DNA of 64,000 nt from Candidatus Bathyarchaeota archaeon (GTDB lineage: Archaea > Thermoproteota > Bathyarchaeia > Bathyarchaeales > Bathycorpusculaceae), in contig CAWGYA010000005.1 of assembly GCA_963826715.1 (NCBI GenBank), forward strand, positions 125,239-189,238. Direction: 5' to 3'. Both the position numbers and the translations under genes were made by a program. Below, piece after piece: positions 1 through 11,055 of this stretch. The stretch's first letter is position 1. Each line of letters opens with the position of its first letter. The notes beneath the pieces were generated by a model that did no database searches, had not been told where the DNA came from, and saw only the letters and a program-made list of their open reading frames with translations.

Positions 1-32
1 CTGAATTTCCGATAATTTACGATTTTGTAAAG

Positions 33-485
33 TTGGCTTTCCAAACCGCAAAAGTGGCCAATGGAAATGAATCAAATTATGTAGATAAACTTCGTAAAGG
101 CAACAATTACTTACCTGAGCTCGCGCTGGTAGCGGAAGAAGGTGGCGAAATTATCGGGCATATCATGTTGACTAAAGCCTTTGTGACCTGTGAGGATTCA
201 AAATTTGAATCATTATTGTTAGCTCCTCTTTCAGTAGCGTTAGGGCACCGCAATTGTGGTATTGGCTCGAAACTTGTTCTATCCAGCTTTGATTTAGCTA
301 AAAAACTCGGGTACTCGGCGGTTTTTGTAGTTGGCGACCCGGATTATTATTGCAGATTTGGGTTTATGTCATCTGCCAACTTTGGCATTGTACATGTTCC
401 AGAGATTCCTTCTCAATATGTGATGGTCTGCGAATTGGTTACTGGTGTATTAGTCGGTTTTTCTGGAACTGTGACTTTCACTTAA
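33..485 (+). CDS. GNAT N-acetyltransferase (YhbS-like); true start probably upstream of the window
   Basis: LLLAPLSV...RNCGIGSKLV acetyl-CoA motif; VVGDPDYYCRFGF. Confidence 0.85.
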   Translation: MAFQTAKVANGNESNYVDKLRKGNNYLPELALVAEEGGEIIGHIMLTKAFVTCEDSKFESLLLAPLSVALGHRNCGIGSKLVLSSFDLAKKLGYSAVFVVGDPDYYCRFGFMSSANFGIVHVPEIPSQYVMVCELVTGVLVGFSGTVTFT

Positions 486-489
486 GGGT

Positions 490-846
490 TTATGTGTCTT
501 CTACTTCGACAAGATCAAAGCGGATTTTTGTTGGGTAAAATCGGAATGCCTTAATGAAATCTTCTATTTCTTGGTCAATGTCAACTGCTTCAAAGAAGCT
601 CAAAAAATCTTTTTCCACGTTCTCGAGGTTTTTTGAGGTGTAGATATTCAATGTAAACAGGTATTGGGTATCTTGTGCAAGATTTTTTATTTCAATGGCC
701 TCTGTTACATCAACGGTAAACATAAGATTTGTTAGGACGTCAAGAACCGCTATTTTACATGCGACTGTATTTATCTTCTTAATAGTAACTAACCTTTTCT
801 CAACAATTCTAAAGTTCCATTCACTTTCAACGTTAGAAGCAGACAT
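490..846 (-). CDS. hypothetical protein
   Basis: 118-aa ORF with ATG start and protein-like composition. Confidence 0.65.
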   Translation of the reverse strand: MSASNVESEWNFRIVEKRLVTIKKINTVACKIAVLDVLTNLMFTVDVTEAIEIKNLAQDTQYLFTLNIYTSKNLENVEKDFLSFFEAVDIDQEIEDFIKAFRFYPTKIRFDLVEVEDT

Positions 847-941
847 AAAAGTTCACATATAAGGAATAACTAATCAACCTTTAAAAACTCTAACATTAAC
901 TTGCTGCATTTTTCCCAAACTTATTGTTTCAATAGGACAAA

Positions 942-1160
942 TTATTTTGGTTCCGCTGATTTTTTTCGTTCTGCAACATCACGCAGATTCAACACAGGGG
1001 AATCCTCTCCATACCCCTGCTTTGCTTCGGTTTTACGTTTGTAGGTTTGCTCGGCAATTTTGGCTTTGCCTTCTTTGCTACTAAGCTCAACACTATTGCC
1101 CAGTTTATACAGAGTTCTGCCGAGGCGACGTTCCCCAACGGTTCTTGTGCATCTACCCAT
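942..1160 (-). CDS. small basic hypothetical protein
   Basis: ORF from ATG (MGRCTRTVGERRLG...) filling the gap between neighbours. Confidence 0.45.
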   Translation of the reverse strand: MGRCTRTVGERRLGRTLYKLGNSVELSSKEGKAKIAEQTYKRKTEAKQGYGEDSPVLNLRDVAERKKSAEPK

Positions 1161-1225
1161 AACTGAGGTATTTAACGTCAAAGGTTAAAAACCCTTCCAA
1201 CCTACAATGTACTTGTAGTGGTCAA

Positions 1226-1639
1226 TTGAAGCAAGAAGTAACAACAATAAAACAAACCATAATCATCCCAAATGTGCCCCCAAAACAGGTCTACGATGTA
1301 TATGTTGATCCCAAAAAACACAGTGAATTCACCGATAGCAAAGCGACAGGTAAACCAGTGGTCGGCGGCAAATACTCCTCTTGGGACGGCTACATTTTCG
1401 GTAAATACATACTTTTAGATGAAGGCAAGCGGGTGGTGCAAGATTGGACAACTACAGATTGGGAAGAAGGATACCATGCCTCAAAACTGGAGTTAACGTT
1501 CACACAGGTTCCTGAAGGTACAGAAATTGTAATGGTACACTCAGATGTTCCTCGTGCCCAAGCCGTAGAAGTTGAGCAGGGTTGGACAGAATATTACTGG
1601 AACCCCCTTAAAGAGTACTTCAGCAAAGCAAAACAGTAA
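1226..1639 (+). CDS. SRPBCC/AHSA1-like domain protein
   Basis: PPKQVYDVYVDPKKHSEFT...GWTEYYWNPLKEYF pattern. Confidence 0.85.
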   Translation: MKQEVTTIKQTIIIPNVPPKQVYDVYVDPKKHSEFTDSKATGKPVVGGKYSSWDGYIFGKYILLDEGKRVVQDWTTTDWEEGYHASKLELTFTQVPEGTEIVMVHSDVPRAQAVEVEQGWTEYYWNPLKEYFSKAKQ

Positions 1640-1641
1640 GG

Positions 1642-1869
1642 TTACTCATTAATTCTCTTGTTCGGTATTACGCCAATAATACTTTTCACAGTCTCTTCGC
1701 AGACTTCTGGTTTCCAATTGCAGATACCCTCAATTATCTCGTCGAGATAATGCGCCAATTCATCACTTTTCACGTCTTTAGCGCAGTCAACTTTGAAGTC
1801 GATTTCTCCGTTCCTTCTACTTACCCTAATAGAAACTAATACTTCTTCTGCCATATTCGGGTGCCTCAT
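1642..1869 (-). CDS. small hypothetical protein
   Basis: 75-aa ORF convergent with the SRPBCC gene; start may be the second Met. Confidence 0.55.
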   Translation of the reverse strand: MRHPNMAEEVLVSIRVSRRNGEIDFKVDCAKDVKSDELAHYLDEIIEGICNWKPEVCEETVKSIIGVIPNKRINE

Positions 1870-2001
1870 CTGCTTATTTGAAATGCTTAAAATTTAAGGT
1901 TTTTTGATAACGCCGAAAGCATTCCTGTTCTTCAGGAAATCTAAACCTAACAACCTTTAAATCGCAATTCAGCCAAACTAAAAAACCACTGGGTAAAGGC
2001 A

Positions 2002-3210
2002 ATGGATAAACTGAGCTCAGCACTATCAGCTACATTCCAAAAGTTTGTATCGCTGAGAATTCGCTACAAACTTATCATCATAACCCTTGCAGCCCTTCTG
2101 GTGTTTGTACTCTCTAAAGGTCCACCGCCTGGTCAGAACCACTTTGTCTATTTAGCTGACGCTTTTCTTCATGGGCAACTAGGGCTCTCAGGGGGCGGTA
2201 CGGCTCTCGCTGAAATTATTCCCTATCACGGAAACTTTTATGTCGTTTACCCTCCAATGCCTGCTGTTTTGCTTTTACCATTTGTCGCGGTTTTCGGTAC
2301 ATCATTTGATCAGGGGATACTATCAATTCTGCTTGCAAGCCTAGCTGTTTCAGCTACGTGGCTGATGATTAAGAAAACTGTTACTAACCAAAACAAAGCT
2401 CTCTGGTTAACAGCCCTTTTTGGCTTCGGAACCTGCTTTTGGTACATTGCTTCAATCGGCTCAGCATGGTACATTGAGCATGTAGTCGCTGTATTGTTCC
2501 TCACATCAGCCATCATCTTATCCCTGTATAAGAAAAACAGCTTTCTCATCGGGTTAATGCTAGGTTGCGCAACACTTGCCCGTCTCCCCGTAGTCCTGTC
2601 TTTTCCTTTTTTTCTGCTTATGATTTATGGGCAACATTCTGAGTGGAAACAAAGACTGCGTCAGGCAGCCTATTTTCTATTAGGCTTAGCTATACTTGTA
2701 GGATTAAATGCGCTCTATAATTTCGCTCGCTATGGCGTTTTCACAGATATTGGTTACAGCCTCATACCTGGCATTCAAACTGACCCTTATTACGCTGAGG
2801 GTATCTTTAGTCTTAGTTATATTCCACGGCACATCTATGCCATTTTCTTCCAGGGGCCTATTCTTCTAGATAAGTTCCCATATTTTGAGCCCTCACTCAT
2901 GGGTCTTGGTCTCTTCTTTACCACACCAGCCTTCATCTACATTTTCAAAGGTCCATGGAGTAACCTCAGCAAAAAAGCAGCCCTATCAGTTGTGTGTATT
3001 TTGCCGATTTTAATCACTCATGGCACCGTAGGCTTTACCCAGTTTGGCTATCGCTTCAGCCTCGATTTCACACCGTTTCTGATGCTGCTAGTGGCCAAGG
3101 GCATGCGGGAAGATTTGGGTTGGTCTGAAAAGGTGTTGATTCTTCTGTGTTTGCTGGTTAACCTTTGGGGAGTCGTTGCAATCATCGGTTTTGGCTTTTC
3201 TAGTTTCTAG
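2002..3210 (+). CDS. multi-pass membrane protein, probable GT-C fold glycosyltransferase
   Basis: Many TM helices; YLADAFLHG, YPPMPAVLLLPF, QFGYRFSLDF. Confidence 0.65.
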   Translation: MDKLSSALSATFQKFVSLRIRYKLIIITLAALLVFVLSKGPPPGQNHFVYLADAFLHGQLGLSGGGTALAEIIPYHGNFYVVYPPMPAVLLLPFVAVFGTSFDQGILSILLASLAVSATWLMIKKTVTNQNKALWLTALFGFGTCFWYIASIGSAWYIEHVVAVLFLTSAIILSLYKKNSFLIGLMLGCATLARLPVVLSFPFFLLMIYGQHSEWKQRLRQAAYFLLGLAILVGLNALYNFARYGVFTDIGYSLIPGIQTDPYYAEGIFSLSYIPRHIYAIFFQGPILLDKFPYFEPSLMGLGLFFTTPAFIYIFKGPWSNLSKKAALSVVCILPILITHGTVGFTQFGYRFSLDFTPFLMLLVAKGMREDLGWSEKVLILLCLLVNLWGVVAIIGFGFSSF

Positions 3211-3339
3211 TTAAATGGTCAATCTACAGATAGCCAATTATGTGCTAATTTGGGTAAAAATCTGTAAGCTTCTGGGCTTAATTTTGAAAAATTGTTTAAT
3301 AAACGATCAGATACCTTGCAGTTGATAGGAGGTGTAAAA

Positions 3340-3888
3340 ATAAACAAAAAAACTCTCGCAGTAAGTCTGATACTGCTGGCAACAGTTGCCGCAGTAATGG
3401 GTGCATTAGCAGCAACAACATTGGCATCAGCAGACACAAACTCCATTACAAAGGATAACGCAATCGCACCTCAAACAACAATCCAAGACGAGAATAGTCC
3501 ACAATCACTCAATGGAATCTTTATTTTGAATTCACAGGGATTCGGCGGACCACGTAACCGACAATGTGAACCAAGACTTGGACCAGTAGGTGGCATGGGC
3601 GGCATAGACGTCAGCTCTGAATACACCGCAAACGTTAACACTATCTTAAACAGCGACACAGATGTAGCAAACTTGATTTCACAAGGCTATAACGTGACAG
3701 CAATTCGTCCTATTGTTAAAACTGTACTTCAAGGTGACGGAACACTAATAACCCACGCAACAAGCGCCGTCGTGTTAATGATAAACGGTCCCTCAGGATA
3801 CGCAACTGTCAACATTGATATCGCAAACTCGCATGTAACAACAATAACCACGGTAACCAGAACTGTAATTGACAAATCTAGCAGCTAA
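3340..3888 (+). CDS. secreted hypothetical protein, probable ATA start
   Basis: SD GGAGGTG at 3328-3334, then in-frame ATA-AAC-AAA-AAA and a signal-peptide-like segment. Confidence 0.7.
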   Translation: MNKKTLAVSLILLATVAAVMGALAATTLASADTNSITKDNAIAPQTTIQDENSPQSLNGIFILNSQGFGGPRNRQCEPRLGPVGGMGGIDVSSEYTANVNTILNSDTDVANLISQGYNVTAIRPIVKTVLQGDGTLITHATSAVVLMINGPSGYATVNIDIANSHVTTITTVTRTVIDKSSS

Positions 3889-4378
3889 TATGCCAAAAAC
3901 AAGACAACCAGAAAGCTCATTTCCTCTCCCATCTTTCAACTAGAAGGACAGCTGAAGTAGTTCTGGAGGAAAACTTATTTTTAGTTTAGTGTTTCCTTCT
4001 CAAATCCCTACCTCCAGACCTCACCTCAGTAATCCAGAGCATTTTTTTTGATTAAACTACATAGGTAGCTCTCATAATCATCTGTTGTTTTTGGTAAATA
4101 TGATTATAAATGCGAAACCAAATCTGTGTTTTAAAACAAATTTGGGTTAATTTAAAAATCTCAGTTTTGCACTGATGATACTTCTTTTTTTAGTTTCTTG
4201 GTTAAAACTAACCCACGGCGGTTTCAAATAATTTTTTATATTCAAGAGAAGAAGAAGGGCGGTGGGGGGGTTGTTTCTTCTTCTTTGACTTTTAATTTGT
4301 CAAAAGTAAAAAATTGAGGTTTTTTATTAAAATAAATATTTTAGTTATTTGTTTTTGAAAAAAAATTGTTGGAGGTGG

Positions 4379-4732
4379 CTAGACATATTTTTTGTCGTTG
4401 TAGCAATACCATCTTTGATATTGCGGTATCCAGGTGAGAGGCTTTTGGCATGTTGGGCAAATCGGTTGAGTTGGTTGCTCAGTAACTTTTGCTTGTTGCT
4501 GGGGTACACTTTGGGCTTGGGCTGTTTTTAGGATGATGAAATCTGCCGCTGCCTGAACTTCTTCCCAAGAAACATTCTGTAATGAACCGTCTTTTTTCTC
4601 GACAGTTAAGGAAATGCCTGATTTGCCAATTGAAAAGGCTAGATCCTTAACTTTTCCAAGTAGCTGACCGTATGAATTGATAACCTGCATGCCAATTAAC
4701 GCGTCTCTTGTTAACGGGTTTTCTGTTTCCAT
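4379..4732 (-). CDS. PRC-barrel protein with C-terminal Zn-ribbon-like motif
   Basis: LIGMQVINSYGQLLGKVKDL; CPTCQKPLTWIPQYQRWYCY. Confidence 0.8.
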   Translation of the reverse strand: METENPLTRDALIGMQVINSYGQLLGKVKDLAFSIGKSGISLTVEKKDGSLQNVSWEEVQAAADFIILKTAQAQSVPQQQAKVTEQPTQPICPTCQKPLTWIPQYQRWYCYNDKKYV

Positions 4733-5088
4733 TTATTTTCATCCTCCAATGTTCATTGTTTATGAAGCTTAAAAATTTTATTACCCTTCAAAAAGCAGAA
4801 GGCATAGCTTCAGACAAAACTACTATTATTTATTTGACTCTGTTCAACTGAAGTTGAGCTGAGTAATTCACTTGTTTTCGGATACAGTGAATCTTTGCTA
4901 TTTGATTTTGTAAACAACCCTATTTTTATTGGCTGCCGAAGAATAATTCATATGTTTTGCTTTCAAATTGATAGTAAATATGCTATAAATATTTGTAATT
5001 ATTGATCCAAATATAAAATTATAAATACATCTAGCTCTCAAATAATGAGATTGCACTTTATGTGCTATAATATTCAGGAAGAAAAATC

Positions 5089-7659
5089 TTGAAAACAATA
5101 AAAAAAGTAATATCTTGTGCAATTCTATTTGTTCTACTATCATCTCTACTGACTGTATTTAATATAACCGCTGCTCAAACAACAGACTCACTTGAGACCT
5201 ATCCATATATCGGCGCTGTACCCAACCCAGTTGGTATTGGTCAAGAAGTGTTGCTTCACGTAGGCATTACGCAACAACTATCATTTTCCACGGAAGGCTG
5301 GACAGGCTTAACCATAACTGTCACTGATCCTGATAATAAAACAAACACTTTGGGACCATTTACCACTGATTCAACCGGCGGAACAGGCACTGTTTTTATC
5401 CCAGATAAAATAGGTACTTATTACCTGCAAACTAACTTCCCGGAACAAAAAACCCCCAGTGAAATTAGAGCTTTTGCTGGAATCTCAATACCTGCTGGCA
5501 CCACAATGAAAGCAAGCGATAGCGAAAAATTACCCCTCGTCGTTCAAGACACACCCATTCAATATTACCCCAATTTACCCCTACCATCTGAATACTGGTC
5601 ACGTCCCATAGATGCACAGATCAGGGAATGGTACACCATCGCAGGAAACTGGCTTACAACTCCCCCTAACTTCTATGCTCCATATAATGATGATGCACCT
5701 GAAAGCTCACATGTGCTTTGGACTCAACCCTTCACTTCAGGCGGAATGGTCGGTGGCACCTTAGGAAATCCCTATGACGACGAAGCAATGGGCTACCATT
5801 CATATGAAATGGGAGATGCATACGAAGGAAAATGGACTGGATCAATAATTATGGGTGGAAAACTGTACTACCAAAAATACGCAAATCCTGATCAATTCAA
5901 AGAAATAGTTTGTGTAGATCTACACACAGGCGAGCAATTATGGTCAAAATCGCTATTGAACAATTTAACCATTACCCGCGGACAATTAATGTATTGGGAC
6001 ACGTATGACTATCACGGAGTTTATGATTACATTTGGGCCACAGCCAATGCACAAACGCGAGACTTACTAGGGCTACCATCTTCAGCAGGCACTACATGGT
6101 GTGCATTTGACCCATACACTGGAGACTTCGTATATGCACTATATGGAATTCCCTCAGGAACAACAACATATGGTCCAAAAGGCGAAATCCTTGTTTATAC
6201 TTTAGACCAAAACCGCGGTTTAATGACACTTTGGAACTCAAGCAACATACCCCAACTATACGCAAGCACCCAATACGCCTCAATGGGCTGGGGAGAGTGG
6301 CGCCCTATGGGCAAAATCCAAAATGCTACCGAATCAATTACATCACCGACAACACCTACAGGCTTAGCTGGATATACTTGGAATAAGACTATCGACACAT
6401 CTCTACCCGGAAGTGTCCGTGCTGTCTTTCCCGGTGACAAAGTGGTTGGGTCATTCTACAACTCAACACAAGTTACCGTTTGGGCTTTAAGTCTAAAATC
6501 TGGCCAAGAAGGCACGCTTCTCTACAAAAGTACTTGGAATGCCCCTTCGGAATGGACAACAGGAAACCAATACATAAGTTCTGGAGCTGTAAGTTCAGAC
6601 GATAACCTCTACGTACTTTGGTCAAAAGAGGCACGGAAATACTACGGGTTTAGCACTGAAACTGGAAAGTACCTGTGGACAACAGCTGAATCGGAATATT
6701 ATTTGCAGTCTTATGTTTCTACTGTCAACGCAATTGCTAATGGCAAACTATTCTCTACAGGTGCAAGCGGCATAGTTTACTGTTATAACGCAGCAACAGG
6801 AGAGCGCCTTTGGGCATACGAAGCAACTGATGAGTATTCTGAAATCTTGTGGGCCAATCAGTGGTGGAACCGCATTCAATTCATCACAGACGACAAAATC
6901 TATGTTGGTCATGAAGAACACTCACCTATTGATCCAAGACCACGCGGTGGACCCTACATCTGTCTAAACGCAACTACTGGAGAGGTCATCTGGAGAGCTG
7001 ACGGATTATTCCGACAAACCCATTGGGGTGGACGATCAATAATCGGTGATAGCATAATTGCAGGTCAAGATACCTACAGCCAAAGAGTATTTGCGATAGG
7101 AAAAGGTCCTAGCGCTCTAACAATCAACACACCCGACGTCTCAATTGAACAAGGTAAATCAGTGATCGTAAAAGGAATGATAACAGACATCTCTCCTGGA
7201 ACCAACACCTATGAAGTGAGTGCACGATTCCCAAGTGGCGTACCAGCTGTCTCAGATGAAAGCATGAATGACTGGATGCTCTATGTCTACAAACAATTCC
7301 CAAGACCAAGCGACACCACTGGACTCGAGATAACCTTGAGTGTAGTAGACGCAAACGGTAACTATCGAGATATCGGAACAACTAATAGCGATGCAGATGG
7401 CTTCTATAGCTTCTCTTGGCAACCGGACATCGATGGCAAATACACAGTATATGCCTCATTTGGTGGTAGTGCATCTTACTATCCTTCACATGCAGTATCT
7501 GCTTTCTTAATTGACCTACCAACACAAACACCAGCTCAAACAGCAGATCCTCAGCAGTTGGTCTCTGAAATGTACTTTATTCCGGCAGTTATAGCTATTA
7601 TAATCGCAATAATTGTTGGCTTTGCTCTGACAATACTAGTACTAAGAAAGCGCCAATAA
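5089..7659 (+). CDS. secreted PQQ-like beta-propeller surface protein with C-terminal TM anchor
   Basis: Signal peptide; repeated xDxxTGExLW motifs; C-terminal TM helix followed by RKRQ. Confidence 0.85.
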   Translation: MKTIKKVISCAILFVLLSSLLTVFNITAAQTTDSLETYPYIGAVPNPVGIGQEVLLHVGITQQLSFSTEGWTGLTITVTDPDNKTNTLGPFTTDSTGGTGTVFIPDKIGTYYLQTNFPEQKTPSEIRAFAGISIPAGTTMKASDSEKLPLVVQDTPIQYYPNLPLPSEYWSRPIDAQIREWYTIAGNWLTTPPNFYAPYNDDAPESSHVLWTQPFTSGGMVGGTLGNPYDDEAMGYHSYEMGDAYEGKWTGSIIMGGKLYYQKYANPDQFKEIVCVDLHTGEQLWSKSLLNNLTITRGQLMYWDTYDYHGVYDYIWATANAQTRDLLGLPSSAGTTWCAFDPYTGDFVYALYGIPSGTTTYGPKGEILVYTLDQNRGLMTLWNSSNIPQLYASTQYASMGWGEWRPMGKIQNATESITSPTTPTGLAGYTWNKTIDTSLPGSVRAVFPGDKVVGSFYNSTQVTVWALSLKSGQEGTLLYKSTWNAPSEWTTGNQYISSGAVSSDDNLYVLWSKEARKYYGFSTETGKYLWTTAESEYYLQSYVSTVNAIANGKLFSTGASGIVYCYNAATGERLWAYEATDEYSEILWANQWWNRIQFITDDKIYVGHEEHSPIDPRPRGGPYICLNATTGEVIWRADGLFRQTHWGGRSIIGDSIIAGQDTYSQRVFAIGKGPSALTINTPDVSIEQGKSVIVKGMITDISPGTNTYEVSARFPSGVPAVSDESMNDWMLYVYKQFPRPSDTTGLEITLSVVDANGNYRDIGTTNSDADGFYSFSWQPDIDGKYTVYASFGGSASYYPSHAVSAFLIDLPTQTPAQTADPQQLVSEMYFIPAVIAIIIAIIVGFALTILVLRKRQ

Positions 7660-7837
7660 GAAACCAAACCTTCCATTTTCTTTTTTTATTAATAATTTTT
7701 TAATATATCTTGGCAGTTTTTTTTATCATTTCTAATATTGAAGACTTGATCAGAGGCTACCTTAATTTAGAAATATTTTCAGAACAAGTTTTATTTGAAG
7801 ACTCACATCTTCTCCTTAAAGTTGTTAAGAGCAAGAG

Positions 7838-9322
7838 ATGACCCACTTGGGCGGCAGATTTGACGTATTAATAATAGGCGCAGGCGTGATTGGTTGTGCC
7901 ATAGCGCGGGAACTGGCAAAATTCAAAATTAACGTTGTGCTTTTGGAAAAGGAGAGCGATGTTGCATCTGGCGTTAGTAAAGGTAACAGTGGCGTGCTTC
8001 ACACAGGGCTTTATTATCCCAAAGGGAGCTTGAAGGCTAAACTGTGTGTTGAAGGACGCTTAATGTTTCCAGAGTTGGCGAAACAACTTGGTGTTCCCTT
8101 TAAGCTCTGTGGGAAACATGTGATTGCTCGTACAGACGCGGAACTCAAAGACTTGGAAGCGTTAAAAGCCGTTGGAGAAGCAAACGGCGTGAAAGGATTA
8201 ACGATAATCTCTGGGGAAGAACTTAAAAAGAAAGAACCCAACTTGGATGCCCTCTATGCTTTATATTCTCCTGTAGCTGGAATTGTTCCCCCTTCGCTTT
8301 TTACCATTGCTTTGGCTGAAAATGCTTTAAACAATGGTGTGAAAGTTCACGTCAACACCCAAGTGTCAGCAATAAGGCAAGTAAGCAACGGTTATGAAAT
8401 TACAACAAATCAGGGAGCTTTCCAGGCAGATCTCGTCGTGAATAGTGCTGGGCTCTTTGCAGATCGAATCTCTGCTATGATAGGTGTTGATAGTTACAAA
8501 CTCTATCCTTGTAGAGGCGAATATCTTATTCTTGAAAAGAATTGTCGCGACTTAATCAACAGTATGGTCTATCCTGTCCCACCAAAAATTGCAGGAGTCC
8601 TGGGTGTTCATCTTACGCCCACGTTAGATGGAAACATATTGATTGGACCAAGCGAAGAATTCATCGATGATCGAGAAGACACAAGAACGACCAAAGAAAA
8701 AATTATACAATTAGTTGAGGGCGCTAAGAATCTTTTGCCATCTATTCCCTTAAACCAAGTTATATACGGGTTTTCTGCAGTGAGATCCAAGATTACTTCA
8801 CCAGAAGAGAAGGGATCCCGTGACTTCATTATTCGAGAAGACGCTGAGAACTTTATCAACATGATAGGGATGGAATCCCCTGGTCTCACATCCTCGCCTG
8901 CCATTTCAAAATTGATTGTTCAGATGATTAAAGAGAAGACGGATATGGAAGAAAAAACAAATTTTAATCCTATTCGTAAACGCACAATCCCGTTTAGTGA
9001 AGCATCAAGAACAACGCAATCTTCTCTAATTAAAGCAAATCCTGCATATGGTGAAATCGTTTGCAGATGCGAACATGTGTCCAAACTGGAAATTATCGAA
9101 GCGCTAAATAACCCAATTTCAGAAAAAACCATCTCAGCCGTCAAATATCGTACCCGCGCCGGCATGGGCAGATGCCATGGAGGTTTTTGCTTACCAAAAA
9201 TTGTGGAGATTCTTCACGAAGAATATGGACTATCCCCTGAAGAAATCAAGCTGAAAAATGCCGATTCGCCATTGTTCTTAGGTAAAACTAAAGATTTGAG
9301 GGAGAGTAAAAAAAATGAGTGA
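7838..9322 (+). CDS. FAD-dependent oxidoreductase (GlpA/LhgO-like) with C-terminal BFD-like [2Fe-2S] domain
   Basis: GAGVIG, SKGNSGVLHTG, CRCEHV...RAGMGRCHGGFC. Confidence 0.9.
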   Translation: MTHLGGRFDVLIIGAGVIGCAIARELAKFKINVVLLEKESDVASGVSKGNSGVLHTGLYYPKGSLKAKLCVEGRLMFPELAKQLGVPFKLCGKHVIARTDAELKDLEALKAVGEANGVKGLTIISGEELKKKEPNLDALYALYSPVAGIVPPSLFTIALAENALNNGVKVHVNTQVSAIRQVSNGYEITTNQGAFQADLVVNSAGLFADRISAMIGVDSYKLYPCRGEYLILEKNCRDLINSMVYPVPPKIAGVLGVHLTPTLDGNILIGPSEEFIDDREDTRTTKEKIIQLVEGAKNLLPSIPLNQVIYGFSAVRSKITSPEEKGSRDFIIREDAENFINMIGMESPGLTSSPAISKLIVQMIKEKTDMEEKTNFNPIRKRTIPFSEASRTTQSSLIKANPAYGEIVCRCEHVSKLEIIEALNNPISEKTISAVKYRTRAGMGRCHGGFCLPKIVEILHEEYGLSPEEIKLKNADSPLFLGKTKDLRESKKNE

Positions 9323-10568
9323 TTTAAAGTCTCAAGATATTGATTTGGTTGTGATAGGTGCTGGACCTGCAGGTCTATCTGCAGCCATAAGTGCAAAGAA
9401 AAATGGCATTCAAAACGTAGCAATTATTGAAAGGAACAATTGGCTTGGTGGAATTCTTCCTCAATGCATACATGATGGTTTCGGACTTGGACTCTTTAAA
9501 AAACAAATGACTGGTCCGGAATACGCTCAAAAATTTATCAACAAACTAAAAAGATTAAAAATTCCAATTTTGCTTAACAGTATGGTCCTTGAGGTTACGC
9601 CTGAAAAGAAGGTATTTGTTGCTAGTCCTAAGGGTCTGTTTTGTTTTGATGCCAAAGCTATAGTTCTTGCAATGGGCTGTCGCGAACGAACCCGCGGGCA
9701 GATTTGCATCCCAGGAACAAGACCTGCAGGAGTATATACTGCTGGCGTAGCCCAGAACCTCATCAACCTGAAGAATATGATGGTTGGCAAAGATGTCGTT
9801 ATTCTCGGTTCTGGGGACGTTGGTTTGATTATGGCTCGTCGGCTAATTCTAGAAGGCGCCAAAGTCCACGCCGTAGTGGAAATTCTTCCTCATGCTAATG
9901 GTTTGCCTCGAAACATTCAGCAGTGCCTAATTGACTATGATATTCCTCTTGTTCTCTCACACACAGTTACTGAAATCCATGGCCAGAATAGGGTTGAAGC
10001 AGTCACGATCTCTCCAGTAGATAAGGATTTAAAACCCATCAAAGGAAAAGAACAAAAAATTGCCTGTGATACTCTCCTTCTCTCCATAGGTTTGATCCCA
10101 GAAAATGATCTGTCGAAAAATTGTGGTGTGGTCCTCAGTCAAATAACTGGAGGTCCAGTAGTGGATGATACTCTTGAAACTTCTGTGTCTGGTGTTTTTG
10201 CGTGTGGAAACGCTCTCCATGTTCATGATGTAGTGGATTTTGTTACTCTTGAAGCTGAGGTGGCGGGAAAAAGGGCGGCGGAATATGTTCTTGGAAAAAT
10301 TCGAAAGATGGATCGAATCCCCGTTGCAGTAGGCAATAAAATCAGATACGTTTTGCCACAAAGCATTCATTGTGGAGTTGACTGTGACTTGTCGATTCGT
10401 GTAAACATCCCTGGCGAAGATGTGACGGTTGGGTTCTTTGATTGTGAAAAACTGATAAAGACAAAAAAGTTACGTAAGGTTCATCCAGCTCAAATGATTA
10501 AGATAAAGCTAAAGGGAAACGAAACCAGCACTATTAACTCAATTAAAGTAGAGGTTCTGAAAAAATGA
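9315..10568 (+). CDS. FAD/NAD(P)-dependent oxidoreductase, partner subunit
   Basis: GAGPAGLSAA, GGILPQCIHDGFG, GSGDVGLIMARR; overlaps the upstream gene. Confidence 0.9.
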   Translation: MSDLKSQDIDLVVIGAGPAGLSAAISAKKNGIQNVAIIERNNWLGGILPQCIHDGFGLGLFKKQMTGPEYAQKFINKLKRLKIPILLNSMVLEVTPEKKVFVASPKGLFCFDAKAIVLAMGCRERTRGQICIPGTRPAGVYTAGVAQNLINLKNMMVGKDVVILGSGDVGLIMARRLILEGAKVHAVVEILPHANGLPRNIQQCLIDYDIPLVLSHTVTEIHGQNRVEAVTISPVDKDLKPIKGKEQKIACDTLLLSIGLIPENDLSKNCGVVLSQITGGPVVDDTLETSVSGVFACGNALHVHDVVDFVTLEAEVAGKRAAEYVLGKIRKMDRIPVAVGNKIRYVLPQSIHCGVDCDLSIRVNIPGEDVTVGFFDCEKLIKTKKLRKVHPAQMIKIKLKGNETSTINSIKVEVLKK

Positions 10569-10933
10569 AAAAGGAACTGATCTGCATTGGTTGCCCCATG
10601 GGGTGTTATCTAAATGTTGATTATGTTGGGTCAAAAATAAATAATTTTAGTGGAAACCGCTGCAAATTTGGATTAAAATACGCAGAGAAGGAGATTTCCA
10701 ATCCAGAAAGAACCTTGACAACAACTGTGAAAGTGAAACATGGCTATCTTCCTTTGGTTAGTGTGAGAACAAATAAACCAATGCCGAAAAGCAGAATCTT
10801 CGACGCTATGACTTTACTGGCAAAAGTTGAAGTAGAGGCACCAATAAAAATTGGAGATACCATTATCCAAAATATCTTTGATACAGGCGTAGATGTAGTT
10901 TCTACAAAGAACGTTTCAAAAAAGACGCGCTAA
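10565..10933 (+). CDS. DUF1667-like CxxCPxGC metal-binding protein
   Basis: CIGCPMGC, GNRC, PERTLTTTV; usual third gene of this operon type. Confidence 0.85.
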   Translation: MKKELICIGCPMGCYLNVDYVGSKINNFSGNRCKFGLKYAEKEISNPERTLTTTVKVKHGYLPLVSVRTNKPMPKSRIFDAMTLLAKVEVEAPIKIGDTIIQNIFDTGVDVVSTKNVSKKTR

Positions 10934-11055
10934 CACATTTTGGTAGCAGCATTGATAAGTTGAAGTATCCTGCGAATTGAACTCAAAAATGTGGAGATGC
11001 CTTCCGCAATTTCATCTTTTAATTATTGGGTTTTTTGAACAAAAAAAGAAGAGGG

